Part shown: positions 21,815-31,018 of the stretch, piece after piece
Position numbering within the stretch: position 1 is the first letter of the stretch
How the letters are laid out: every line of letters begins with the position of its first letter
Source: Candidatus Arthromitus sp. SFB-mouse-Japan
GTDB lineage: Bacteria; Bacillota; Clostridia; Clostridiales; Clostridiaceae
Length of the DNA stretch: 32,000 bases
Assembly: GCF_000270205.1 (NCBI RefSeq)
Contig: NC_015913.1
Coordinates: 120,001-152,000, forward strand
Direction of reading: 5' to 3'
Program-made: the position numbers and the translations under genes
The notes under the pieces: generated by a model
Seen by the model: the letters and a program-made list of their open reading frames with translations, nothing else
The model's database searches: none
Told to the model about the DNA's origin: nothing

Positions 21815-23116
21815 ATGGCTTTAGGTGGAGGTACGTTTATTACTCAAAATAAAGTGTTACCAGGTACTTATATCAATTTTATATCTGTTAATTCTGCAAG
21901 CCCTAGTTTATCTGATAGAGGCGTTGTAACTATGCCACTAGAACTTGACTGGGGTATAGAGGATGCCATTTTTGAAGTTACTCCAGAGAGTTTAGAAAAG
22001 GATGCTGTTAAACTTTTAGGATATGAATATACGCATGCGAATCTTAAAGGGCTAAGAGATCTATTTAAAAATATAAAGCTGCTCTACGCTTATAGGTTAA
22101 ATGGGGGAGGTATTAAAGCATCTAACATTTACGCTACAGCTAAATATTGTGGATTAAGAGGTAATGATTTAAAAATAGTCATTAAGAGTAACATAGATAA
22201 TCAAGGGCATTACGATGTTATGACTTATCTTGATAATGTACTTCTCGACACCCAAACAGTAGATGATGCTAGTAAATTAGTCTCTAATGATTTCGTGGAT
22301 TTTAAGAGTTCGGCTACCCTACAGGAGGAAGCTGGAGTTGCGTTAACTGGTGGTACTAATGGTACAGTTAACGGAGCATCTCATCAAAATTATTTAGACA
22401 GAGTTGAAGCTTATACATTTAACGCTATGGGAGTTACATCCACAGATGATGATATTAAATCTTTGTATGTTAGTTTTACGAAACGTCTTAGGGAAGATGT
22501 CGGAGCTAAATTTCAAACTGTAATCTACAATAAATCTGCTGATTATTTGGGGGTTGTTAATCTTAAAAATAGAGTGCTAGATGCTCCTGAGTCCTCCCTT
22601 GTATATTATGTTACTGGATTGATTGGTGGGTGTGCTGTTAATAAATCTAATCGTAATAAGATATATAATGGAGAGTTTGAGGTTGACACGAATTATACTC
22701 AAAATCAATTAGCGACATGTATTAAGTCGGGAGAGTTCGTCTTGCATAGAGTTGGGGATGATATACGGGTCCTTGACGATATAAACTCGATGGTATCAAT
22801 AACGGATGAGCAAGGAGATGTGTTTAAGGACAATCAAACTGTACGAATTATTGATCAGATAGCTAATGATATAGCTGTTATATTTAATACTAAGTATCTA
22901 GGGGAGATACCAAATGATAGTGCAGGTAGAGTGTCCTTATGGAGTGATATTGTTAAGCACCACGAGGAATTGCAAAAGATTAGAGCAATTGAAAATTTTA
23001 GCGCTGAAGATGTTACGGTTATACAAGGGGATACAAAAAAAGCAGTTGTTGTAAGTGATGCTATAACTGTGGTTAATACTATGGCTAAATTATACATGAC
23101 TGTTAAGGTTTCTTAG
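21815..23116 (+). CDS. Tail sheath protein (XkdK-like)
   Basis: MALGGGTFITQNKVLPGTYINF is the characteristic sheath N-terminus. 433 aa, followed by the tube gene. Confidence 0.9.
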   Translation: MALGGGTFITQNKVLPGTYINFISVNSASPSLSDRGVVTMPLELDWGIEDAIFEVTPESLEKDAVKLLGYEYTHANLKGLRDLFKNIKLLYAYRLNGGGIKASNIYATAKYCGLRGNDLKIVIKSNIDNQGHYDVMTYLDNVLLDTQTVDDASKLVSNDFVDFKSSATLQEEAGVALTGGTNGTVNGASHQNYLDRVEAYTFNAMGVTSTDDDIKSLYVSFTKRLREDVGAKFQTVIYNKSADYLGVVNLKNRVLDAPESSLVYYVTGLIGGCAVNKSNRNKIYNGEFEVDTNYTQNQLATCIKSGEFVLHRVGDDIRVLDDINSMVSITDEQGDVFKDNQTVRIIDQIANDIAVIFNTKYLGEIPNDSAGRVSLWSDIVKHHEELQKIRAIENFSAEDVTVIQGDTKKAVVVSDAITVVNTMAKLYMTVKVS

Positions 23117-23127
23117 GGGGTGATTAA

Positions 23128-23604
23128 ATGGAAAATAATGTTAAGATGCATTCGCGCGATACAATATCTGCAGCACTCGCAGAGTGTTTTATAACTATAG
23201 ATGGCAGTAGATATAATTTTATGCAAGCCATTAATTTAGAGGCAAAGTTTGAAACATCTAAATCAGAGGTACCAATACTTGGAAAGCCCGGTAAAGGTAA
23301 TAAAAAAACTGGGTGGAAAGGTACTGGATCTGCAACTTTTCACTATAACACGTCTATTTTTCGTAAGCTTATGGAACGTTACAAGGATACAGGAGAGGAT
23401 ATATATTTCGATATACAAATTACTAATTACGATCCTTCGAATAGACTTGGAAGGCAGACAGTTATTTTATATGATTGCAATCTAGACAATGGGATTTTAG
23501 GTAAATTTGATGCGTCAGGAGAATATCTAGATGAGGATATGGATTTTACTTTTGAAGATTTCAAAATTCCAGAAGAATTCAATATGTTAGAAGGGATGAT
23601 TTAA
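23128..23604 (+). CDS. Tail tube protein (XkdM-like)
   Basis: 158 aa. ISAALAECFITIDGSRYNFMQAINLEAKFE...GWKGTGSATFHYNTSIFRKLM fits the XkdM-type tube pattern. Confidence 0.85.
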   Translation: MENNVKMHSRDTISAALAECFITIDGSRYNFMQAINLEAKFETSKSEVPILGKPGKGNKKTGWKGTGSATFHYNTSIFRKLMERYKDTGEDIYFDIQITNYDPSNRLGRQTVILYDCNLDNGILGKFDASGEYLDEDMDFTFEDFKIPEEFNMLEGMI

Positions 23605-23605
23605 T

Positions 23606-24037
23606 ATGTCTAAATTTGCTAGGTTTATGAAGAAAAATAAGATCTTAAAAGAAAATACTACATACGCTCCAACTAAGTCTTTACTTGATGAGAATGGAGA
23701 ACCTGTAAAGTTTACTATAAGACCTTTATCTACGCGGGAAGAAGGAGATATAAGAGATGCTTGTACGATTGATGTGCCTATTACAGGCAAACCTAATATG
23801 TACAGACCAAGACTTAATACCACAAAATATTTAGCTAAAACTCTTTGTGCTTGTATTGTTGATCCGGATCTCCACAATAAAGAGTTACAGGATTCTTATG
23901 GAGTTATGAGCCCAGAAGAGTTGATAAAAGAGATGATAGATGATCCAGGAGAGTATCAAGACTTTGCCAATTTTGTTCAGACTTATACAGGCATTGATAA
24001 GAGTTTAGAAGATGAGGTGGAAGAGGCAAAAAACTAA
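23606..24037 (+). CDS. Tail assembly chaperone, short (G-like) form (XkdN-like)
   Basis: 143-aa ORF between the tube and tape measure genes. It ends on the slippery site. Confidence 0.8.
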   Translation: MSKFARFMKKNKILKENTTYAPTKSLLDENGEPVKFTIRPLSTREEGDIRDACTIDVPITGKPNMYRPRLNTTKYLAKTLCACIVDPDLHNKELQDSYGVMSPEELIKEMIDDPGEYQDFANFVQTYTGIDKSLEDEVEEAKN

Positions 24038-24225
24038 TTGAAGAGGGGGATGCAGAAGCTAATTATGCTTATTATGCCCTTCTCAAACTTAAGGTGCTTC
24101 CGTCTGTGTTTTTGAACATGGATAAACAAGAAAAGGCTTTTGTTATCGCTTGTATAAAAATAAAGATTGAGCAGGATAAAAAAGAGCAGAAAAAACTAGA
24201 GAGCCAAGCTCGTAGAAAGAGGTGA
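23606..24225 (+). CDS. Tail assembly chaperone, -1 frameshift-extended (GT-like) form
   Basis: Hand translation of the -1 frame after the slip: LIEEGDAEANYAYYALLKLKVLPSVFLNMDKQEKAFVIACIKIKIEQDKKEQKKLESQARRKR*. There are no stops, and it ends 7 nt before the tape measure start. Confidence 0.65.
24028..24034 (+). promoter_or_regulatory. -1 programmed ribosomal frameshift slippery heptamer A_AAA_AAC
   Basis: The zero-frame codons AAA (24029) and AAC (24032) are followed directly by TAA. The -1 frame is open from 24016 to TGA at 24223-24225. Confidence 0.7.
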
Positions 24226-24231
24226 TAAATA

Positions 24232-26892
24232 TTGATAAAAACATCTATCGAATTACAAGATAACTTTAGTGCTACCATACATAGAGTTATCCAGTCTGTT
24301 AGTCTTAGTGTTAGTGCTATGCAAGAGTTACATAATAGTGTCAGCACACCTGTTGATGTAAGGGCTATGGATGCTGTACGTGATAATTTAAATCAAGCCA
24401 CAATTGATGCTCAAGCATTGGATAGAGCTTTTAAACAAATTAGTACTGAACATATAGCAGCTCCTAAACTAGATAATATCAATTGGGTATCACCTAATTT
24501 TGAGGTTTTTACTAACTCTGGAATTGATAGATTTAATCAGGAGATATCAAGTGCTAATAGTTTATTAGATCAGTTGAATCAACAACAACTTAAATTATCG
24601 ACTACTGCATCTCAGATAGATATATTACCTGATAATATGATATCTGATATTACATCTGTCCAATCGAGGATTGACGGTATAAGAAATAAAATAATCGAGC
24701 TGGAGAAGATACCACTTTGGCAGGTTGATGATTCGACCAATGCTCAATTAGAAACATTAAGAGGTAAACTTGCTCAAATGGTATCCGAACAACAGGCTCT
24801 TAATAATGCAGTGGATAATATGGATTTTGAGTCAGCTAATAGATCATGTTTACAATTATCTAATACACTAGATGGAGCTGAGCAGCATATTCGGGATAAT
24901 ATGAATGGTCAGGATAAGTTTAATAGGAAAATCCAGGAAGGACAGAATCAAGCTAGTAGATTAACGGGTTTGATTAAAGGGGCAGTAGGAGCGTATTTAG
25001 GTATTGCTGGGATGAAAAGTGTACTTGATTTATCTGATACTATGACCTCAACTACAGCTAGACTTGATTTGATGAATGATGGGCGGCAAGACATAGAAAC
25101 ATTACAAAATATGATATATTTGTCGGCGGAGAGATCTAGAGGATCATACCAAGATACTGCAGATGCCGTATCTAAATTAGGACTTATGGCTGGAGATGCA
25201 TTTAGTTCGTCGGAGGAGATAATCGCTTTTACCGAGCAGCTTAATAAACAGTTTACTATTGCTGGTACAGATGCTGCGGGGATATCGGCGGCGATGTTAC
25301 AATTAACTCAGGCTATGGGATCTGGAGTTTTAAGAGGCGAGGAGTTTAACAGTATTTTGGAGCAAGCTCCAAACATTATAGAGTCAATTGCTGAATATAT
25401 GGATGTACCTAAAGGAGCTCTTAAAGATTTAGCAGGGGAGGGTAAAATTACAGCCAATATTGTTAAAAATGCAATGTTCGAGACTGCAGAGAAAACTAAT
25501 GCTAAATTTAATTCCATGCCTAAGACTTTTTCTCAGATTGCGACGTCAGTACAAAATACCGCTCTTATGGCTTTTCAACCCGTGCTTGAAAAGTTAAATG
25601 ACGTTATGAATAGTGATGCCTTTAATACTGTAATACAAAATATAATAAATGGATTATCAACCCTTGCCAATATAGCCACTAATGCTTTTAATGTATTGAT
25701 AGCCATTGGCAGTTTTGTTGCTGATAATTGGTCGATTATTAATCCTATTATTTATGGGGTTGTAGCAGCTTTTGCTGTTTATTACGGTAAAATATTACTT
25801 GTTAAGGGAGCTACATTAGCTATGGCTGCAGTTAATGGCGTTGTTGCAGTAGCTAAGGGTGTGTTGGCCGCTGTAACCTGGGTTGCAACTAGTGCAACAT
25901 GGGCTCAAGTTACGGCTCAGCATGGATTAAATGCAGCTATATATGCATGCCCTATAACATGGATAATAATAGCTATAATCGCCTTAATAGCAGTTGTATT
26001 TATGGTAGCAAATGCAATAGCTAAGTTTACTGGGATTGCTACTAACGGTTTTTCTCTGATTTGTGGTGGGATTAATGTAGTCATACAGTTTTTTTGGAAT
26101 TTATTTAAAACTGTTCTTAATATTGGTTTGGGTATCAGTAATGTTGTATTTGCTTTGGGTCATAACATCCAAACCGCTTTTGGTAATTCGATTGCAAATG
26201 TGCAGTCGTTTTTTTACAATTTATTGTCTACTGCACTAAATGTAATTGCTAGTATTGCCGAGCAGCTAAATAAGCTACCATTTATCAGCTTTGATTTTTC
26301 AGGTATAACCTCTCAGGCTAATGATTATGCGAGCAAAGCAGCGGCATTGCAAGCGAATAAAGGTGAGTATAAATCATTAACAGATGCGTTTAATAGTGGC
26401 TTTAACACATTTGAGACTTTTAAGGACGGATGGGATTCAGATGCGTTTAATAGTGGAGCTGCTTGGGGTGATTCTGTTGGTGATAAGATATCAGGATTAT
26501 TAGATGGTTTTGGGGGAAACAGCAATATACCTAACCTTAATGATTATGCGGATCTAAGTAATTATGGTGGTGCTGGTAATACTGATATAGGGGCTGGATT
26601 AAATGACATAGGCAATGGCTTAAATGATATAGGTAGTGGTGTTAAAGATACAGCAGGTAATACGGGTGCTATTAAAGATTCTCTTGAAATAACTGAGGAG
26701 GATCTAAAATATTTAAGAGATTTAGCTGAGAGAGATGTTATCAACAGGTTTACGACTGCCGCTATTAGTGTAAATCTAGGTGGTGTTACAAATAACGTAA
26801 ATAACGGCATGGATCTGGATGGGATCATAGATAAAATCGCTACAGGTGTAACGGAAGCGGTTGAAGTTGCAGCAGAGGGGGTACACGTATAA
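24232..26892 (+). CDS. Tail tape measure protein (TP901-type core)
   Basis: 886 aa. Core region TARLDLMND...AMLQLTQAMGSGVLRGEEFNSILEQAPNI, a central block of hydrophobic helices and Gly-rich C-terminal repeats. TTG start after AAGAGGTG. Confidence 0.92.
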   Translation: MIKTSIELQDNFSATIHRVIQSVSLSVSAMQELHNSVSTPVDVRAMDAVRDNLNQATIDAQALDRAFKQISTEHIAAPKLDNINWVSPNFEVFTNSGIDRFNQEISSANSLLDQLNQQQLKLSTTASQIDILPDNMISDITSVQSRIDGIRNKIIELEKIPLWQVDDSTNAQLETLRGKLAQMVSEQQALNNAVDNMDFESANRSCLQLSNTLDGAEQHIRDNMNGQDKFNRKIQEGQNQASRLTGLIKGAVGAYLGIAGMKSVLDLSDTMTSTTARLDLMNDGRQDIETLQNMIYLSAERSRGSYQDTADAVSKLGLMAGDAFSSSEEIIAFTEQLNKQFTIAGTDAAGISAAMLQLTQAMGSGVLRGEEFNSILEQAPNIIESIAEYMDVPKGALKDLAGEGKITANIVKNAMFETAEKTNAKFNSMPKTFSQIATSVQNTALMAFQPVLEKLNDVMNSDAFNTVIQNIINGLSTLANIATNAFNVLIAIGSFVADNWSIINPIIYGVVAAFAVYYGKILLVKGATLAMAAVNGVVAVAKGVLAAVTWVATSATWAQVTAQHGLNAAIYACPITWIIIAIIALIAVVFMVANAIAKFTGIATNGFSLICGGINVVIQFFWNLFKTVLNIGLGISNVVFALGHNIQTAFGNSIANVQSFFYNLLSTALNVIASIAEQLNKLPFISFDFSGITSQANDYASKAAALQANKGEYKSLTDAFNSGFNTFETFKDGWDSDAFNSGAAWGDSVGDKISGLLDGFGGNSNIPNLNDYADLSNYGGAGNTDIGAGLNDIGNGLNDIGSGVKDTAGNTGAIKDSLEITEEDLKYLRDLAERDVINRFTTAAISVNLGGVTNNVNNGMDLDGIIDKIATGVTEAVEVAAEGVHV

Positions 26893-27593
26893 TGTATAGT
26901 TTTTATTTGGATAAAATTATGTTGCCTGTCGCTCCATCTAAACTCAAAATAGGTTTTGCTAGCCAAAATAAAACGCTGAATCTAATAAATGAGGGTGAGA
27001 TTAATATTTTAAAAGATCCAGGATTACTAGAGATAGAGTTTGATGCAATGTTACCTAATACGCAATACCCTTTTAGTATTTATAAGGATGGTTTTGTTAA
27101 AGCTGATGATTTTATAGCTAAGATAAATAAGCTTAAGATGGATAAAAAACCTTTCCAATTTATCGTGACGAGGACACGACCTGATGGTACTGCCCTTTTT
27201 AACACTAATATCAAGGTATCTTTGGAGGAGTATGAAATGGCAGAAGATGCCGATGAGGGATTTGATGTTATATTGTCTATTAAACTTAAGCAGTATAAGG
27301 TTTATGGGACTAAAAAAATTAAGCTTGAGAAATCTACTAATAATGAAAAAGTTAAAACTCAAGAAGTCAAAGAAAGAGAATCAGATGCTAGCGAAATTAT
27401 GATAGGATCTGATGTTATTGTTAATGGTAGATTGCATAGAGATAGCTATGGTAAGGGACCCGGACAGACAAGAACTAATTATAAAGGTAAGATAAATTTG
27501 ATAAATGAAAAAGGATCACATCCCTATCATGTAACAACTCCTGGAGGGTCTCATCTTGGTTGGGTTACTAAAGATAGTGTTAAAGGGGTGTAG
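26892..27593 (+). CDS. XkdP-position tail/baseplate protein with an SH3-like C-terminal domain (no LysM seen)
   Basis: The N-terminus MYSFYLDKIMLPVAPSKLKI is typical of XkdP-slot proteins. The C-terminal GSDVIVNGRLHRDSYGKGPGQTRTNYKGKINLI...HPYHVTTPGG.HLGWV looks like an SH3b-type binding domain. Confidence 0.65.
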   Translation: MYSFYLDKIMLPVAPSKLKIGFASQNKTLNLINEGEINILKDPGLLEIEFDAMLPNTQYPFSIYKDGFVKADDFIAKINKLKMDKKPFQFIVTRTRPDGTALFNTNIKVSLEEYEMAEDADEGFDVILSIKLKQYKVYGTKKIKLEKSTNNEKVKTQEVKERESDASEIMIGSDVIVNGRLHRDSYGKGPGQTRTNYKGKINLINEKGSHPYHVTTPGGSHLGWVTKDSVKGV

Positions 27594-27595
27594 GT

Positions 27596-28555
27596 ATGGA
27601 TTATGAAATCATTATACAAAATATTGATGAGCTTTATATACCTATAACTGAAGAGGGCATCATTTGGAAGACTGAGAGGAAGGGTGTACCAGGACAGCTT
27701 GATTTTAAAATTTTAGATGACGGTGAGATCAAAATCGAGGAAGGTAATGCAGTCAGTTTTAAGGTTAATGGAGAGAAAGTATTTTATGGGTTTGTTTTTA
27801 CGCTTAAAAGAGATAAGGATAAGCTTATAAGTGTCACTTGTTATGATCAATTGAGATACCTCAAAAATAAAGACACATATGTTTATAATAATAAAACTGC
27901 AGGTGAGATAATTAAGATGATTGCCGAGGATTTTGAAATGAATTGTGGAGATATTGAAGATACGGGATATAAAATTCCGTCGAGGGTCGAAGATAACACA
28001 ACCCTGTTTGATATGATACAGAATGCTCTTGATTTAACACTTGAAAATAAAAAAGAGATGTATGTTTTATATGATGATTTTGGTAAGCTTACTCTTAAAA
28101 ATATCTCCTCTTTGGCTTTAGATATTCTTGTCGATGCGGAGACTGGAGAAAATTTTGACTACTCATCAAGCATTGATTCCGATACGTATAATAAAGTTAA
28201 GCTTACTTTTGATAATGAAGACACAGGAAAACGAGATGTCTATATATCTCAAGATCGCGAGAATATGAATAAATGGGGTGTGCTACAATACTTTGATACT
28301 CTCTCGGAAGGAGAGAATGGAAAAGCTAAAGCTGATGCACTTCTGTCTTTATATAACCAAAAGACTAAAACTCTATCTATTAATAATGTCTTCGGGGATA
28401 TACGAGTTAGAGGTGGATCTATGCTTATTGTAAAACTGGATTTAGGTGATGTAGTAGTAGATAATTTTATGATAGTTGATAAATGTAAGCATGAATTTAA
28501 TAAAGATGAGCATTTTATGGATTTAACTTTAAGAGGAGGAGATTTTATTGCTTGA
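27596..28555 (+). CDS. XkdQ/YqbQ-like baseplate hub-associated protein
   Basis: 319 aa. IIWKTERKGVPGQLDFKIL...VSFKVNGEKVFYGFVF...CYDQLRYLKNKDTY matches the XkdQ-family pattern. Confidence 0.8.
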   Translation: MDYEIIIQNIDELYIPITEEGIIWKTERKGVPGQLDFKILDDGEIKIEEGNAVSFKVNGEKVFYGFVFTLKRDKDKLISVTCYDQLRYLKNKDTYVYNNKTAGEIIKMIAEDFEMNCGDIEDTGYKIPSRVEDNTTLFDMIQNALDLTLENKKEMYVLYDDFGKLTLKNISSLALDILVDAETGENFDYSSSIDSDTYNKVKLTFDNEDTGKRDVYISQDRENMNKWGVLQYFDTLSEGENGKAKADALLSLYNQKTKTLSINNVFGDIRVRGGSMLIVKLDLGDVVVDNFMIVDKCKHEFNKDEHFMDLTLRGGDFIA

Positions 28556-28868
28556 TGCTAATGATTTGTTAGTTGCTATAAAAAGAGCATCGATAGATGC
28601 AATTGAGAGTGTAAAACCTGTAAATATAGTTTATGGTAAGGTTGAGAGTGTTAGTCCTCTTAAGGTTAGCGTTGAAAATAAATTAACCCTTACTAAGGAT
28701 CAATTAATTGTGCCAAATAGATTTAAAATTTATGAGATTGATTGTGAGATTGAAAGTAAAATTGGGATAGCTAAATACGATAACACCCTCAAACCTGGAG
28801 AAAATATAATTTTATTTAGGATGCAAGGTGGTCAACAGTATTTAGTTATAGATAGGGTGGTTAAATGA
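28548..28868 (+). CDS. DUF2577 (XkdR-like) baseplate protein
   Basis: 106 aa. VYGKVESVSPLKVSVENKLTLTKDQLIVP is the typical motif. Supported by synteny. Confidence 0.7.
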   Translation: MLDANDLLVAIKRASIDAIESVKPVNIVYGKVESVSPLKVSVENKLTLTKDQLIVPNRFKIYEIDCEIESKIGIAKYDNTLKPGENIILFRMQGGQQYLVIDRVVK

Positions 28869-29272
28869 TACCTAAGATTAATATTAATCTATCTAAAGTT
28901 AATTTAGAGTCTACGATTGCTCCTAGTAAAAATTATAGGATGGATATAAAAAAAGAATATATCAATGGCTACAATGATTTGATTGAAGGTGTTAAACAAG
29001 CAGTGTTTAAAATATTAAATACTGAAAGATATAAGCACTACATATACACTAAAAATTATGGAGTTGAATTGGATGATTTGTTTGGGGAGCCTATATCCTA
29101 TGTGTGCCCTGAGATTGAGAGACGCATATTAGAAGCTCTTAAGATGGATGATAGAATTGAGTCAGTTGATACTTTTAATTTCGAGATATTAGGTAAAGGG
29201 ATTTTACATGTAACTTTTACCGTACACAGTATTTTTGGAGATTTTAATACCTCTAAGGAGGTGTATTTTTGA
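28865..29272 (+). CDS. DUF2634 (XkdS-like, gp25/W-like) baseplate wedge protein
   Basis: 135 aa. NYRMDIKKEYINGYNDLIEGVKQAVFKILNTERYKHYIY. It sits upstream of the baseplate J gene. Confidence 0.7.
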   Translation: MIPKININLSKVNLESTIAPSKNYRMDIKKEYINGYNDLIEGVKQAVFKILNTERYKHYIYTKNYGVELDDLFGEPISYVCPEIERRILEALKMDDRIESVDTFNFEILGKGILHVTFTVHSIFGDFNTSKEVYF

Positions 29273-30342
29273 TGTATGATAACATTAGTTACGATTTAAT
29301 ATTAAAGCGTATGCTAGATAGAGTTCCGAGTGGTTTTGATAAGCGGGAGGGGTCTATCATTTATGATGCTCTTGCTCCAGCTGCGATGGAATTGATGGGT
29401 ATGTATATTGAACTTAATATAATTTTACGAGAGACCTTTGGCGATACTGCGTCAAGGGATTTTTTAATTAGGAGAGCGAAAGAAAGAGGACTAACACCTC
29501 AACCAGCAACACAAGCAATACTCAAAGCCATAAGCAAACCAAGCACATTAGATATTAAACTTGGATCCAGATTATCTTTAGAGGATCTTAACTACGAGAT
29601 CGTCGAAAAAATACAGGATGGAGAATATAAAGTTAGATGTGAAACCCTAGGAGTATTAGGTAATAAATATTTCGGCTCTGCGATACCAATAGATTACATT
29701 CAGGGGCTCGAGTCCATAGAAATAACTGAGTTGCTAATACCTGGAGAAGACGAGGAAGATACAGAAATATTTAGGAAAAGATATTTTGATTCCTTTGATT
29801 CTAAAGCCTATGGTGGTAATGTTGAGGATTATCTACGTAAAACTAATTCCATACCTGGAGTGGGTTGCACTAAGGTAATTCCTGTTTGGGACGGTGGTGG
29901 CACAGTAAAACTCACTATATTAGATGCTAATTTTGACAGAGCTAATGATACTCTTATTGAGTATGTGCAAGATATTATAGATCCTACAATGGATGCTACA
30001 GGTATTGGGATTGCTCCAATAGGGCATATTGTAACCGTTGATACGGCAGAAGAAGTAGCAGTTAATATTAGTAGTGTTATTGTTTGTGATACAGGTTATA
30101 CTTTTGCTAGCTTAAAATCAAAATTAATGACTGTGTTGGAGGAATATCTATTAGAAATCCGTAAGAGTTGGGCAGACCAAAATAATCATGTAGTACGTAT
30201 CGCTCAGATTGAATCAAGGATATTAGCTGTAGAGGGTATAGTAGATATCACAAATACTAAGATTAACAGGGTTGAGAACAATCTTACACTAGATAAGTAT
30301 CAGATACCTATTATAGGAGATATAACAAATGAGGCAAATTAG
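29269..30342 (+). CDS. Baseplate J-like protein (XkdT-like)
   Basis: 357 aa. FDKREGSIIYDALAPAAMELMGMYIELNIILRETFGDTASRDFLIRRAKERGLTP matches the baseplate J N-terminal pattern. Confidence 0.88.
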   Translation: MMYDNISYDLILKRMLDRVPSGFDKREGSIIYDALAPAAMELMGMYIELNIILRETFGDTASRDFLIRRAKERGLTPQPATQAILKAISKPSTLDIKLGSRLSLEDLNYEIVEKIQDGEYKVRCETLGVLGNKYFGSAIPIDYIQGLESIEITELLIPGEDEEDTEIFRKRYFDSFDSKAYGGNVEDYLRKTNSIPGVGCTKVIPVWDGGGTVKLTILDANFDRANDTLIEYVQDIIDPTMDATGIGIAPIGHIVTVDTAEEVAVNISSVIVCDTGYTFASLKSKLMTVLEEYLLEIRKSWADQNNHVVRIAQIESRILAVEGIVDITNTKINRVENNLTLDKYQIPIIGDITNEAN

Positions 30343-31018
30343 TCTAATAGAATGGATACCTAAATATCTACAAGAATATAGAGAACTTAAAAAAATAATG
30401 GATGTTGAGAATCCTGAAATTAAGCAGTTGTATGATGAAATAGCAATCCTTATGGATAATCTATTTATACATACCTGTAACGAGGATGGCATAGCAAGAT
30501 TTGAAAAACTCCTAGATATCAATCCAGATGTGGATGATACTCTAGATATACGTATAACTAGAGTATTAAGTAGATGGACGGATTCCATCCCTTACACTTA
30601 TAAAGGATTACTCCGTAAACTTGATATCTTGTGTGGCGAAGGTAATTATGAGATTGAACTTGATAATAATGCTTATACTCTAAAACTAGATGTTTTATCG
30701 ATGACAATAAAGCAATTACAAGAGTTAAAGTATATGTTATCATACATGATACCAGCTAATATAGCAATGGATTTAGAAGCCCGAAGGGAAGTTAATATAT
30801 CTATATACACTGGCATTGGTATTAACAGGATCAAAAATTCAAAAGTTAATATAAGCCCCCACGTAGAAGACTTAATCAAGGCTTCTTTTTTTGTTGGTGC
30901 GGGTGTTAAGAGATGTAAAAAAATTAAAGTGCAAATTAATCAAATAAATTATAAAGCTGTTTTAGGACGTTTTGTGTGTGGGGCAATGAAGGTAGGTGAG
31001 ATAAATGATAATACATAG
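30329..31018 (+). CDS. DUF2313 (XkdU-like, P2 gpI-like) baseplate/tail-fibre adaptor
   Basis: 229 aa. WIPKYLQEYRELKKIMDVENPEIKQLYDEIAILMDNLFIHTCNEDGIARFEKLL is the family-typical start. Confidence 0.75.
   Translation: MRQISLIEWIPKYLQEYRELKKIMDVENPEIKQLYDEIAILMDNLFIHTCNEDGIARFEKLLDINPDVDDTLDIRITRVLSRWTDSIPYTYKGLLRKLDILCGEGNYEIELDNNAYTLKLDVLSMTIKQLQELKYMLSYMIPANIAMDLEARREVNISIYTGIGINRIKNSKVNISPHVEDLIKASFFVGAGVKRCKKIKVQINQINYKAVLGRFVCGAMKVGEINDNT

Noticed and set aside
24072-24347. 91-aa minus-strand ORF in the chaperone / tape measure gap
   Set aside because: It lies antisense to the -1 frameshift extension and the tape measure start. It is Leu/Cys/Phe-rich low-complexity sequence typical of shadow ORFs and has no RBS.
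13218-27402. Plus-strand track ORFs that overlap supported genes: 13218-13436, 20894-21151, 23249-23485, 27184-27402
   Set aside because: They are embedded out of frame in, or opposite to, genes with clear family signatures (DUF2442-HTH, HK97 gp10, tail tube, XkdP-like). None has independent support.
191-30879. All other minus-strand track ORFs: 191-382, 807-1121, 2036-2239, 5741-6052, 6583-6897, 6599-6835, 8140-8418, 10252-10488, 10931-11143, 12706-12900, 14456-14638, 15157-15348, 16824-17159, 20875-21099, 21096-21425, 21513-21764, 22855-23097, 23587-23877, 25308-25517, 26325-26525, 26562-26966, 27051-27362, 30289-30588, 30558-30743, 30673-30879
   Set aside because: Each lies entirely antisense to a well-supported + strand gene. 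They have the Leu/Ser/Phe/Ile-rich composition of AT-rich shadow frames and lack RBSs. For example, 10252-10488 is just the Pro-rich mirror of the glycine zipper.
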